64,000 bases of DNA from Octopus bimaculoides (lineage: Eukaryota), in assembly GCF_001194135.2 (NCBI RefSeq), contig NC_068982.1:89875310-89939309 (forward strand), given 5' to 3'. A program made the translations under genes and the position numbers. Positions 38,940 through 52,469 of this stretch are shown piece by piece (positions within the stretch are counted from its first letter, which is position 1; each line of letters opens with the position of its first letter). Below the pieces are notes generated by a model. The model did no database searches. It was given only the letters and a program-made list of their open reading frames with translations, and was not told where the DNA came from.

Positions 38940-39970
38940 TAGTACTATATCGTTCCTGTTCTCTCAATTTGTCAAAAATAAAATATCATTTACTATCGGA
39001 AACATTGAAGCACGTGAGCGGTCCGATCAACTTCCTGAAAGAATGCCGGAACTGACTGTATCTTCCATTTCTCTTGTTTTCTTTTCTCTTGTAAACCAAA
39101 ATTCAAATTTGGAACAAAATTTTCGGGTATCTTCTATACATATGATGGTACATCGTTTTTGCAAATGTTCCAAGAGTAGACAGGTAATGAACAGGTCGGG
39201 TCTCCAATTTCTATTTCTTGTTTTGTGAATACTATTTGCAATCTCGCCAGTTGGTAGACAATGCCAGGACCGCTAAGAAACCATTGTAATCCAGCCTGCT
39301 CAAAGCAGGGAATTTCCAGAGTGCTTGCATCATCGTCGTGAATCTCACCACTACTAATCTCCATGCCACAAACTAAGCTCTCAACATGTTATAGGCAGTC
39401 TGTGAATGTGTTTAGAAGCATATGCATCTGATGTCATAGTTATAACTAGGTCATGTTCGTGTTCAGGGTTTTGGCATTTTCCTTGATTAGAGCTAGTTAA
39501 AAAATCTGTTTGGGGTGCTCTTTCGGAGCACAGAATTTTGTGGCGTTGATCTACATGTGACTGTTATTCATCCTTTTGTACATGATGCTTTGTAGGAGAG
39601 CATAGATATCGTCGATTGTCTTGAGAGTGTCATTTGTATAGTTGCTGCTTATGTCATTGATTCTATACTTGAAAACTTTACAGGAAACAAAAGACAACGT
39701 AGAGCAGTGTCTTGTAGGTAGCACTGTACTTTTCAGATAGGCTCAAACAGCGTTACTGTTCGGCTTCTGGCTTTCAGATTATCAGAGTTCCAAGTGCCCA
39801 AACTTTTTGTTATGCTAAGGTTTTTCAGCTTGTAGCATAAGATTTCACGGTCAATCTTCTCAAAGAAAATTGTTGAAATCAAAGTCAACCATGAGTCAAG
39901 TCGCAGAACTTTCAGAATTTGGTTGAGGTGCCGTAGAAACTGTGTCAGTGGATCTGTTTCGGGATCAAAG
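38940..39970 (-). mobile_element. Heavily decayed CR1/Jockey-group LINE RT fragment
   Basis: Minus strand, across frameshifts: RSTxTQ.L.HL..IL..L..DSxVD..F....FEKIDREILCYKLKNLSI...W. Confidence 0.6.
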
Positions 39971-39984
39971 CTACGTTAGGTGTT

Positions 39985-40600
39985 AAAAACTGTTGAACAA
40001 GAAACTTCCTGTGAGAGATGAAAAGTGGAACGGCTATTGGGAGGTGACTGCAGATTTATCAGGGTGCCAGGAACTCTTTCTCATCCCAGTTACGAAAAAA
40101 ACGGACATTTTAATGTGGTGTGAAGGAAAGAAAGTTGTAAATCTGGTCGAGTTAACGGTTCCTCATGAAGATAACATGGACGTCGCCCAGACTCGAAAGA
40201 TTGACCGTTATGTAAACTCCCTCGAGGAATGTGAAGACGCAGGCTAGAAAGCGGAGCATTTTCCAAACGAAGTCGGATGTAGAGGATTTGTTGGACACAG
40301 TGTGAGATAATTGTTGTTATCTTTAGGTCTAACTCATCGTAAGGTAAATACCGTCATGACCAATATCCAATCTACAGTGGAGAAGGCTGGCTAGCCACTG
40401 GATTTGGTTAAAAAGAGACGATGAGCGATGGCTAGAGAAATATTGAGCTATATTTAATAACCAGCTGATCTAGCAAGCGGGGCCTCATATTAGTGAAGGG
40501 GGGTGCGCATTGGTGTCGTCGAGAGGTAGGCCCCTAAACGGCGCGCATTCTCTCCTGATGACCCCATACACTTACTGGCTTCCAGTATGCGGAGTTCTCG
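39985..40600 (+). mobile_element. HERO-like non-LTR retrotransposon 3' end (restriction-like endonuclease) plus 3' UTR
   Basis: WEVTADL..IPVTKKTDILMWCEGKKVVNLVELTVPHEDNMDVAQTRKIDRY..LEECEDAG*KAEHFPNEVGCRGFVG is a PD-(D/E)xK RLE signature; in-frame stop present. Confidence 0.85.
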
Positions 40601-41095
40601 ACTGGTAGCACTTGCATGTGCAAGTTGTTTGCAAGACATTTACGCAATAACTAAATAGCCCCACTAAACTAATTCCATGGAACTATCAAGGCCGGCTTTC
40701 GAGTATTTTAGGACTACATAAAAAACCCATCTAGCTGATTATGAAGTCTAGTCTTCATCAAGTTAGTTCATTGATTTGTTTGTATCTTGCTCTATTAATT
40801 TAATATAAGTAAGAGGTATGTAGAACATTTACAATAGGAATAGAAGGTGTCAAATCATGTTTAACCGAGCTTTTGTTCATGTATATATACATCATAATAA
40901 GAATGGAAAAATAGTGCGTTTTAGTTTTAAAAATCGATGAATACAGATTGATATCACCGATAACTGCTTCCGCATCATTCTTGTAGATTTTATGGAAATC
41001 GTAAACACGAATTTGGCTTAGATTAAGAGATCTCTCGTATTGTGACTGGTTGGCGTTTATTATAAACTGTTAATGATTCACAGTTACAAACTCAC

Positions 41096-41141
41096 CTTGC
41101 AGCTAGATATGATAGCGGATACAAGTCCAAAGGCAAGTTAA
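41096..41141 (-). CDS. Candidate exon (46 nt, phase 1/2)
   Basis: Acceptor aattattttacag, donor CAAG|gtgagt. The only open frame is NLPLDLYPLSYLAAR, with weak resemblance to KRIT1/FRMD8 NLxLQLKPxHxPL. Confidence 0.4.
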
Positions 41142-42099
41142 CTGTAAATAATTCATGTTTACTCATCTTGCCTTTGTCAGCCAAATTGCTTTGTCATATA
41201 AGATTACGAAGACATATACTTGCACTGTTAAAGGACATTGTGTTAAAACGTTCGTATCTTTTTCAATACTTCGCAATTGTCGATATCAGGTTGGAACTAG
41301 TTCTTATAGGTTGTACGATACATAATCTTAGATTAGCGATTTTATCTTTTTACTACCCTTTTTCTTATTATTCTACGCCTTCCTTCTCTTCCTTTCTAAT
41401 TCGTCCTTCATTTTTGTTTCACTGATAATGTTCTGTTAAGCCCAAACGTAAGATATGGTCTGATTGATACTTACAATGAGCTTTCATTCCACCAAACTGT
41501 TTCTCTTTACCTCATCATCTCCCTCTAACAATGTTTATGGCCATAATTATTCCACAAATGCCTTCTATAGAAAATACAATAGTTAGCGTCAACATGTTTA
41601 CTACCGAGTATATCAAAACTCTACATAAAGTTATGCCGAGAGGAAAACAATTGTCAATGAATATTAGAACACATAAGAGACAGAGACTGGACGTGTTTTA
41701 GTATGACGATGATTGCATTAAGTGTTTACCTTATATTTACGAAGTATGCTATTACTAACTAAGCTATTGTCTCAATTTAATCTTTTAAACTTATCCCTTT
41801 ATTCTTTCATTCTTCCATTTGTGTCAGTCATTTGACTGCAGCTATGATGGAGCATCATCCTATAGTGCTTTTCCACGTACGATTGAAGTCTATGCTTAGC
41901 AGATGAAGTCATAATAAGACTAAAACAAGTCAAGAGTTGTGTCCCAGACTTGCCAAAATACTGAAAATAATATTTGTAATTGACAAATATTTTTCCTTAT
42001 TACATAATCATGTCTAGTGTGTCATTATAAGGACCCCTTTGTTATAAAGTTTAACATCGACTGATTGGTAGTTAAATCTGTAGGCTATAAGCTTATTAA

Positions 42100-42750
42100 T
42101 AAGTCAGAAGAAAAGATGCAAATACACGGACACAAGCTTGAACATGTAAAATTAGATTGTACGTATTTGAGACAATAAATCGGGAAGGTCGCTGGGTAAA
42201 AGAAGGTGCTCGAAGAATAATTAAGGCTAAAATTACGTGAATAAGAAAGAAAAAAATATCTTCACGCTGCATAAAAAATAAGGTGAGTTAACTGTTATAT
42301 TTGCCTGTTATCATCTATGGCACAGATATTTGGAAAATGTGCAGAGCAAAACAAAAAAGAAAAAAGAAAAGAAAAAGGTAGAAAACTTTGAAATGTGGGT
42401 CTTTCACTGACTGAGAACAAGTTGGAAAAGCAGAGGTAACAACCGCTTCAAGACTAGAAACGCTAAAAGTCCAAAGCCACCTATTTCCAAGAATCAAGAT
42501 CACAAAGCTGTCATATTTCGGACCAACAATACGTCACAAGGTCCAAGTCACCGCTCAAGAAATCGCTACAGGAAATGTATAGGGAAAGAGAGCAAGAGGC
42601 CGTCAAAGACGTTTGTTGACGGCAGCAGCGAACGGTCGAAAGCAAGAGTCTGCCTGATTGAATACATGCATCAAAACACCTGGAGAATCTTGGCAAGCTG
42701 GCTCCTCATGGACACAGGGAGAGCACATGGCTGCTACTAATGATGATGGT
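42100..42750 (+). mobile_element. RTE-clade LINE 3' fragment
   Basis: IYGTDIW, FEMWVF, KLSYFGP.IRH..GNV*GKRARGRQR, ..TWR; ends in (ATG)n/(TAA)n. Confidence 0.75.
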
Positions 42751-43026
42751 AATATAAAATAAAAGACTTTGTTTGTTTTAGACGTTTCATATTAACTGAA
42801 ACTTATTTTCTCCCCCTCCTATTTTCTTCATCTGTGTCCAGCAGACATACTGAAATTTCTAACAACTCTCAGTGAGTAATTTCGATTCTGTTCCTACTTA
42901 GTACACACAGAATAATGTATGAGTAAATAAAAGCCAGAATCGAATTTGGAATTAATTTGGAAAGCAACAAAGACGAGCTTCACTTCAAATTTGCCTCCGC
43001 AAAATACTAACAGTAATGATGTGAGT

Positions 43027-43069
<43 letters not shown>

Positions 43070-43544
43070 NNNNNNNNNNNNNNNNNNNNNNNNNNNNNNN
43101 NNNNNNNNNNNNNNNNNNNNNNNNNNNNNNNNNNNNNNNNNNNNNNNNNNNNNNNNNNNNNNNNNNNNNNNNNNNNNNNNNNNNNNNNNNNNNNNNNNNN
43201 NNNNNNNNNNNNNNNNNNNNNNNNNNNNNNNNNNNNNNNNNNNNNNNNNNNNNNNNNNNNNNNNNNNNNNNNNNNNNNNNNNNNNNNNNNNNNNNNNNNN
43301 NNNNNNNNNNNNNNNNNNNNNNNNNNNNNNNNNNNNNNNNNNNNNNNNNNNNNNNNNNNNNNNNNNNNNNNNNNNNNNNNNNNNNNNNNNNNNNNNNNNN
43401 NNNNNNNNNNNNNNNNNNNNNNNNNNNNNNNNNNNNNNNNNNNNNNNNNNNNNNNNNNNNNNNNNNNNNNNNNNNNNNNNNNNNNNNNNNNNNNNNNNNN
43501 NNNNNNNNNNNNNNNNNNNNNNNNNCACACACACACATAGTAAA

Positions 43545-43650
43545 TAAAAAATAGCGAAGAACAAACGCAAGAAAAAAAAAAACAACGCGAGGACGTGGTA
43601 CATGGAAAGTATTAGCAGACGCTCAGGGAAGGAAAGAAAGGTGGTTTTGT
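43545..43650 (-). mobile_element. Penelope-like tail relic, same family as 14790-14890, lacking the ribozyme core
   Basis: Reverse complement aaaaccacctttctttccttccctgagcgtctgctaatact..gcgttgttttt..tttgttcttcg matches 14790-14880. Confidence 0.75.
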
Positions 43651-43654
43651 ATAT

Positions 43655-43840
43655 TCTTTTATTCTTTTATTTGTTTCAGTAATTTGACTGCGGTGATGCT
43701 GGAGCACTGCCTTTAGTCAAACAAATTGACCCCACGATTTATTCTTTGTAAGCCTGGTACGTATTCTATCGACCATGAGGTTGGTAACCAAGTATTACCA
43801 CACAGGTCTTCCTGTGCCCATCACAGCCACTTGGCGCCTA
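43655..43840 (-). mobile_element. Internally deleted SINE family A
   Basis: Tail (tttcagt.atttgactgcgg..tattctatcg) joined directly to head (ggttggtaa..ttaccacacag). Confidence 0.8.
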
Positions 43841-44008
43841 TATGCACACAATTAACATTAATATGGGTATATATATATGTATGTATGTATGTATGTACCA
43901 ATTATGTATATACACACAGAACCTCACACATCAATATATATACACACACGCTATAGATCTATATACACAACCACACAGTTAACATCTGTCTGTCTATCTA
44001 TCTATCTG

Positions 44009-44065
<57 letters not shown>

Positions 44066-44673
44066 GTATATATATATATTGAATATGGGTGTAAAAAGGT
44101 TGAATGTAGATTCATCCTTTAATTTTGGAGGCTTCCAAAAGAGATTTCTAATGTTGATTCTTCATACTTTGCTGGTAGTTTACAGGCGTAAAATATATAA
44201 GAAATTTAATTCTTGCAGACCATCATTTCGTACAGAGATACAAAAGTAATAATGCAAATTCATGATTGAATTAATTTGAATTAGATTAATTAAATATATC
44301 AATGTACTCTTCAGCGCAGGAAGTATAAACAAAAATACAATGAACTTGAGAAGGATAATAGCAAAAACATTGAATCTAGATTCATATTTTTATTCTTGTG
44401 AGAAAGAGATGTGAGTCATGTTTGAATATTTAATAATAACTAAGAGTTATAACGGTTATTTGAAGATATAAGTAAAGAGGTATCAGAAACGTTCCCTCTA
44501 TAGATGAGTATGGAAATTAGAAATTTTAACTCCATAGTCTTGGCTTGAAGAGTAAGCCGGTAGCATACACCTCACTTGGATTTTACCACATCTGAGATTC
44601 CACTCGCTATGAAACATATGTAGCCCGGATTATTCCTACTCCATTCCGCAACTCTTATCTCTCTCTCTCTCTC

Positions 44674-44705
<32 letters not shown>

Positions 44706-45103
44706 NNNNNNNNNNNNNNNNNNNNNNNNNNNNNNNNNNNNNNNNNNNNNNNNNNNNNNNNNNNNNNNNNNNNNNNNNNNNNNNNNNNNNNNNNNNNNNN
44801 NNNNNNNNNNNNNNNNNNNNNNNNNNNNNNNNNNNNNNNNNNNNNNNNNNNNNNNNNNNNNNNNNNNNNNNNNNNNNNATATATATACATATGGGTATGT
44901 TTGTATACAATATATACATACGTAAACGCGCAATTAAAATCAATATATGCACACAGACTACACATACATATATATATATATATGTAAATATATTTGCATC
45001 ATAATGTAAGATTTTAAAAGTGTTCAGAGTACATTTTACATTGTGAAGACATTATCTGATATAGGACTCAATACGTTGTGTAGAGTGAATAGGTATTTTT
45101 ATA

Positions 45104-45835
45104 TTGCGTTGGTCAAAACGTCCGTTCGATTTTTCAAAATAAGACGCAAACGTAAAACACCAGGCAATGGATTCAGTCAATAATATAGTTATAGTTTCAT
45201 TCCAGTTGATCTACCACTTTGCAGAACCATTATTTCCTGCTCAAGGAATTTCTTGTCTTTACTAGCGAAAATCTCTTTGAGGTGAATTTATATATCGTCT
45301 TCAGAATGGAAGTTCTGTACATGCGATTTGATTTGAAGAGACGTAGACCAGTGGAAATCTGAAGGCGCAATGTCGGGCGAATATGGAGGGTGCGGTAAAA
45401 CTTCCCAGTTCAACTTAGCCTAGTCCAGGCCCAGTAACGTCTGTGTTTGCAACGAAGGATGCGGTCGGACATCTAGGTGGATCGTTGCGTCTAATTTGTC
45501 CAGCTGGTTGCAGTACTAATCCAAATAGGTGATCCTGACAGATAATACCCTTCAAATCCCACCAAATTGAAATCATAACCTTCTTCGAGTGAAATGCTGC
45601 TTTGGAGATTGTTTGTGATAGTTCACCTCGCTTCCTCCATGACCGTTATTATAGACAATCCATTTTTCGCCTGCTGCTACGATTCTCTTCGAAAAGAGAT
45701 CGTTTGCTTCACGTTTCTGCAGCACATCGTAGATGGAAATCCATTGGGCAAGATTAGCCTCATTCAATTGATCTGCGATCGAAACATCGAACCTGCGTAC
45801 GTAACCAAGTTTATGCAGATGGCTTTCAACTGGCC
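45104..45835 (-). mobile_element. 5'-truncated mariner transposon
   Basis: KREANDLFSKRIVAAGEKWIVYNN (TGDEKW-like) plus a YSPDxAPSDF-like region; one TIR-like end TA|TTGCGTTGGTCAAAA at 45102. Confidence 0.85.
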
Positions 45836-45875
45836 GTTAGTACAAACATAATAGTATAAGTATAATAATAATTAA

Positions 45876-46052
45876 GGGTACCGAAGAAGCACCACCATGC
45901 CAGAAATAACGGTCAAAACTGACGCTATAATCATATCATGTATTCATATAGCACAGGTATCCATACAGCACCTGCACTATATGAATACATGATGTGGTTC
46001 TAGAGTCAATTTCGACATCTATTTCTAGCAAAATGGTGCCTCTTCGGTATCC
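45876..46052. mobile_element. 177-bp fold-back MITE, TTAA-flanked with GG..CC termini (Kolobok-like)
   Basis: TTAA at 45872-75 and 46053-56; TIRs match 17/19; further internal inverted pairs include a perfect 15-bp CATGTATTCATATAG (45937-51) / 45977-91. Confidence 0.8.
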
Positions 46053-46135
46053 TTAATTATAATTATATATATATATACACACATACACACACACACACAC
46101 ACATATATATACACATACATACATATACAAATATG

Positions 46136-46177
<42 letters not shown>

Positions 46178-46419
46178 ATTTATATAGATTTTATCCTTGA
46201 TTATAACTGATATTGATATATATACCGTAGAGTATAAAAATAACTTCGTTTCAGCTTATCGTTCTGCGATATGAAAAAAAATCCACAGCCTTCAGTTTCA
46301 ATAAACCATTATTATTTCTGAAAGATGTTTTTTTTTTAATATTTACTGCGGATTGCATGAAGATAACTTTCTTCCTACGCCTCGATCCCTAGATCTTGTA
46401 TTTATCATTTATACACACA

Positions 46420-46442
46420 TACGCACACACATATACATACAT

Positions 46443-46535
<93 letters not shown>
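46420..46535. repeat. (TA)n microsatellite with (CA) flanks
   Basis: Seen directly. Confidence 0.95.
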
Positions 46536-47246
46536 AATTTACTGTTGTCCTGCTATGACAACGACTTTCTGCACAAATTTGAATTAGCCATCCACATCCC
46601 TGTCAAGTGCACGCAAGATGCTTTTGATGTCACTTAGATAATTGCAAGTGTTATAGCAGACATGACAGGAATAAGTACATGGAAATGACAGCTAGTTGAT
46701 AGGAAGTTCTTCGGGGAATTTTTTGGGTTTATGTTTTCTCCGAAGATTCACTAATCCAACTCTTTCTGAACTAGTATTATTCTCTCTCAGATTGATCAAT
46801 CAAAACAATTTTTTCATAAAATATCGACACGTTACATTTTGCGTATTTATTTAGGCACAAACTGCACGATTCTTTTCTAATTCCTTGTTTTATTCGTAGA
46901 TTTCTTTTCTTTTATACTTTCTTCTATCGCTCAATTCTTGAAATCGGTGCTCATACACTTTAAACATTCAATGTAAATGCTGCATCTATATCTACTGTTA
47001 TGAGGCCACGTGAACTGTCATTCACACTGAAAGAAAACAAAAATGTGCGGTTTCGAATTCTAAACACTTCCATTCCAACGTGATAACCTACTTTGTATAT
47101 TTGATTCCTAAGACTATAAACTTCAATTCTCTCAAAGTCAGCTTTCTCTCAACCAAGTTATCTTCATGCAATCCGCAGTAAATATTAAAAAAAAAACATC
47201 TTTCAGAAATAATTGGAGTAACAGTCATGACAGCGACAAGATGAAG

Positions 47247-47455
47247 GGGGCGCGCTGGCAGAAACGTTAGTACGCTGGGCGAAATGTTTAGCGGTATTTT
47301 GTCTGTCTTCACGTTCTGAGTTCAAATTCCGCCGAGGTCGACTTTCATCCTTTCGGGGTCGATAAATTAAGTACCAGCTGTGTACTTGGGTCGATCTAAT
47401 CGACTGGCTCCCTCCCTCAAGATTTCGGGCTTTGTGCCTACAGTAGAAAAGATTC
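47247..47455 (+). mobile_element. SINE family B, full length
   Basis: gctggcagaaacgttag..ttctgagttcaaattccgccgaggtcgactttcatcctttcggggtcgataaa..tagaaaaga; A/B-box-like head. Confidence 0.9.
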
Positions 47456-48239
47456 GAGGTTAACAAGTTTTTAGAAACTGTTCAAGAAGTAGCATTCGCC
47501 TATACATGTATGTTGTTTAGCCCCTGATCATCACTAATCTGACAAACCTGTAATCACATGTGTTCCAACCGTGAGCATGCTATCATATTTTCAGACATGG
47601 CTGCGTGTAGGGCTGCATTTTCCAATGTATTGTTCAGTTCAAAAAGCAATGCTGGCTGATTTACAGAAACGTTATCTTCACTTTATAGTAAGTTAAACAG
47701 CCTTGTAGGATTCCCTGGTTGTATGTGTATGTGTGCTAGTGCGTGTGCGTGCGCGTGCGCGTGCGCGTGCTAGTGCGTGTGCGTGTGCGTGTGGATAAAG
47801 AATATTCGGTTTCTGGATTAACCTAGGTAAAACAAAATGTATATTACACTTTGTCAGGTTTGTATTTCGATATAATAATTAGTACTCAATAAAATATTAC
47901 TTTAAAGTACAAGAAACCATTTCGACGATAAGTACTTAGGCTAATAATAGTGTTGCACATTATCTATAATATCAATATCTTATAATAAATACCAACCACA
48001 CGGCACCTTGCACAGGTGACAAATAGCGTGTTTGAAAACAAATATATACGTTATGCATGCAGTTCAATGTCAAATATTGACTATGCTTTCTCGATTTGTT
48101 CCATCAAGAGTATCTACATACATCGTAGCAAATATAGATGGATTCGCAGCTATTTTCTTAGTATTTTGCTCTTATGCCAGTTTCAATCATTGAACTGTCC
48201 TTGATTAAATCAACTCGTTACTAATTTAAGATGGATTAC

Positions 48240-49410
48240 TAAAGTGTAGAGGTGTAAACAAACCAACAAACGTTGTCAGGCGGCGAGAAGTAAACAAAAA
48301 GACACCCCGCCACAAGTATATATATGATAGGTTTCTGCACATGTTTCCTTTTTTGTTTTTCAGGAACAGCTTGATATATTAGTGACAAATCAATGGCACT
48401 GGAGACATTAATGATTAAAGTCGTAGTTGAGAAGCAGTCTGCTGACATGGCGCGCTGGGAGCAATCTGAAAACTGAAAAAGTGTTATTTGTATCATGCTG
48501 ATTCGCGCCGGGTATCAAAATACCCGCATCATGACTGCTGCTCAGTGCTCTCAAACACTGCAAAGGGTGTAGGATGTGACACGGACACCAGTAATGGAGA
48601 TTAAGAAGCTCTGATCAGTAAAAAGGGGCGCAGCAGGCGTTCTACCTATGTCCGTATGCTGGAATTCATCGAACAACTATGAGGACCTTTGCTTCCACTC
48701 GTACAAAAGGCACAAGCGAAACATTCTAAGAGCTAAGGCCAAGGAGAACCGCTTGACGGAGGCAAAGACACCCCTGAACAAGATGAGGCATCGTAGTCAG
48801 CTGCGATGATCTGGTTTTTCTCAGAGGAAAAGAACTGCCGGGACCAGCTCAACAACATCCAAAACAACAAATGGCTGTCTAAAACCCATGTGATGTTCTA
48901 TATATCATGAAAACCAAGTTCTACTAAACTGTAATGGGTGCGTATCCAGTGTGGGTGACGTCATGCTGCCCTATATCTTTGAACAGGGTGATAGGCTCAA
49001 TTCAGGCGGCTATGTGAAGCTGCTGGAAAATGTAGTCAAACTTTGGCTCAAGAGGGCTGCTTGCCATGCCTACGGAAAGAGTCAGAATTGGCTATCGGAG
49101 AATACTGTGTGGGGCTCGGTTGAGAAAGACACCAACGAACTGTCTGCAACGCCAACTAGGGCCTACCTGATGTTTATGACCAAGGAGGTGTTCGAAGATC
49201 TTCGCAGGGACAAAGTAAGGAACGTCTTGAGGTCGCGGTGGAAGCTGGGGGCGGTTACTTTGTGTAAATTGTTATCGGCGAGGCATAATCTAGTTGATAT
49301 TTTTGATTTATTAAAAATAATTTTACTTTTGATTATGTATGTATGTCATTATTCAGCATTGTTTCACAATTTCTGGCCAAGTGAGAAAAAGTCGGTTTCT
49401 AACCTAGACC
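48240..49410 (+). mobile_element. Decayed Tc1/mariner-superfamily transposon (maT/DD37D-like by inference)
   Basis: IWFFSEEKNC.DQLNNIQNNKWL, VGDVMLPYIFEQGDRLNSGGYVKLLENVVKLWL and VWGSVEKDTN; internal deletions and frameshifts. Confidence 0.8.
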
Positions 49411-50053
49411 CAAGACTCCTTCATTGGAATTCCAACATCAACAACAGGGTATTTTTGTTTGTATGTATGTATGTATGTATGTATGTATGTATGTATGTAT
49501 GTATGTGTGTGTGTGTGTGTGTGTGCGCGCACAAATATATATATGTGCTCTGTTCTCTTTTCCTTTGATGCAACCTGTCAAACTTAGCGTGAACAACGTG
49601 TATAATGGAATGTACGAGCCCAAGGAGCTACGTAGTGGTGGTCCAACTTGGAACACGTGATTACAAAAACAATTTCTTAGCCAAGCGCGTATGTTTCAAC
49701 TTTTTCATTGGTTTGTTTGCGTATATGGAATCAATGCAAACACAGTATACTGATTATTGTAAATGTATATATAAATTAACAGAAAGCATACATAAGTAAT
49801 CAAAGTCAATTGAATATTTTAATGGTGTATATTTATCTTGAAATTAAACGAAAGAGATGGGGGTAAATCTTATATTTAAATGCGTATACACTTAGCACTC
49901 AGATGCATGCATATATCAACAATACACACACATGCACGTATATATACAGAACAGATTATATATATATATATACATATACACAAATACACACACATATATA
50001 TATACACATCTATATATATATATATTTGTACAGACAAACAGATAAAGAGATAG

Positions 50054-50120
<67 letters not shown>

Positions 50121-51014
50121 CGTATATGTGAATGTGTAAAAACTTTATATGCTGGAATCGATGCAAACTTCAATACGTGTACACGTGTCAATATAAATGT
50201 TTTATGAATATGATTTAAAATTAAATGGTAATTTACCCTCATCTTTATATTTAAACACCACCTCGTTGGAATGCAGATTGTATGACCCCAATAACAACAT
50301 AATTTAACTTAAGTAATAAAATAATATGATATATTTTTATAAGCTATATTTTATCATAAATTTGAAGAAGTATCGTTAGTAATATCTTCACAGATAAGTT
50401 GATCATTAAGGTAGGAAAAGCATGAATATCACTTCGTTATTTTTCCTTCTAAATCTTGCTACATTTTCGATTTGTAGAAAGCAGTGTGTCGTTATTTTGT
50501 AGTAACTAGTAAACTTCCCATATTGAATTTTTATTTGATATAATCAAACTCAACAAAGTAATCAACAACGGACAGAAAAAAAAAGCATATTAGATTATAT
50601 AGACTCATATACACCATGACTGCAAGAAAAGGTAGAATAACTACCGCTTCTATTCTGCTCAATCAGGTCTTACCATGTGCCAAGCAACAACAGAAAGATT
50701 TATATATGACAATAGAGTAACGACCAGATTAAGCTATGCGAAACTTGGAACATGTATTGTAAAGAAGCCCTAATTAAAAAAAAAAAAAATGTTCATAAAT
50801 ACTAAAGCATACGTTAGACTACAATTTAGCTATTACATGTTGAACATTTCGATTATCTTAATGTCTACTTTTCTACAATCATTTCTATATATTTTACAGT
50901 GAGATTGTTCATTGTTTTGATCCAAAAAGTGTATTTGGAATCGTTTTCGGTTTTGAAAATGAATGTTCTTTATTATATTTATAAGAGTGACAAATAAAAT
51001 ACGTTGTGTCTTTT

Positions 51015-51310
51015 TCTATAAGTATTGCAATGACTTGCTCATGGGAACTTTCTGGTCAAGTCCCTTCCTCATCTACTTTAAACGTGTCAGCCGCTTCTGT
51101 TCTCAGACGCGTCATTTATCTATTGAGCTTCCTATTACTCATAAGTATTTTTATTCTGATACCTTCTTTCCTCGAACAGTCACTCTCTGGAGCTCATTAC
51201 CACCGTCTTGTTTTCCTCTAAACTATGATATTCAGTCCTTTTAGATTTCAGTTGATCAATATCTTTTGAATTTGTCGGATCCCTCTTTTCCTTCTTTGTA
51301 GTCTCTTATG
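51015..51310 (+). mobile_element. CR1/Crack-like LINE 3' end
   Basis: FYKYC..; YSDTFFPRTVTLWSSLPPSCFPLNYDIQSF is a typical C-terminal FFPRTxxxWNxLP motif. Confidence 0.75.
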
Positions 51311-52469
51311 ATACAGTAGCCACCAAACTATTTTGTGACAAAGTCGCATAGAAAGGTATTTTCTATATTGGTAAAACAAGACTACAAAAAATTGTCAGTT
51401 ATCAAATATTAAAACTGTAGCTGTAAAACGTCTTGTTTAGCGCCAGTATAAGAAGAAATATTAGTTTTAAATAACTTGGTAAACATCCTTCACCAAAACT
51501 TTCTTCTCGATCTGCCGGATATAATTTCACAAGAATTGATTACCTCATTAGAATCTCTTCAGGTGTAAACGGCTGTAAATGATGATGAATTCAAATATGC
51601 TATTCAGCTCTTGATAAGCTTTCTGGCGTCTTGACAGGGCAGAAAGGAAGCTATCAATAATTGCAAAATATTTGGTTTTTAAGCTTTTGGGAAAGTGTTT
51701 CCGATTCAATAAATGGAACTACTGAAATAATCATACTCGAGATTATTTATTGTTGATAATCTTAACTCTCAATCAGATCTTCGTTATTTGCAACGTATGA
51801 AAAAGTAGACATCAATAGCTTAAATATGTTAATGCAAGAATTAATCGAGTATTCAAGTTGTGTTCAACTCTTAGCTATAAGATTGCAAAGAAGCATTGGT
51901 CAGTTGAATTCGTTCAAGGCCCTCATCTCACAATATGACCATTTATAATGTTTCCAAATTCATGAGGGTTGAAAATAATCCTCGAGCCTGTCGCTGATAT
52001 TTCATCTGATCATTGATATTTAAAACGTCGTAGAAAAGCACTTTTAATTAAAAAATGCTGTGTAGATGTGCTTCTGTTTGTTGCCTTTGCTCGGGTTAAG
52101 TACCTGGTATTTGATATTCTTTTCACAATAAGAAAATGAGCATCACCATTAGATAACGCAGCAGTCAGAAAATCTTACCGATTGATGGAAGCAGAAAAAT
52201 TAAAGGCTTAACACAAATTTGAAGAAAATTTCCCTGCATACATTCCAGCCAAATTTAGTAAACGTGCAAAGTATAAACTGTAATCCGCAAACGCATTCAT
52301 CTCCTTAAATCATAACTGTACGCTTGCGGTTCATTTTTGCTGGTATTGCTATAACTGGGATAACAGTAGTAATTTATATCAATATCATTTACCTGAAAAG
52401 AAGTCACGCAAATATTGAACCCACCGTTTAACCTTGCATATCCAGAGACTACATGAATCTGTTTACTAG

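Noticed and set aside
42841-42870. 30-nt plus-strand segment with good acceptor and gtgagt donor
   Set aside because: Isolated; shows the chance rate of splice-like pairs in this AT-rich DNA.
51400-52200. AT-rich block that may be a decayed DNA transposon
   Set aside because: No TIRs or transposase motifs I could recognise.
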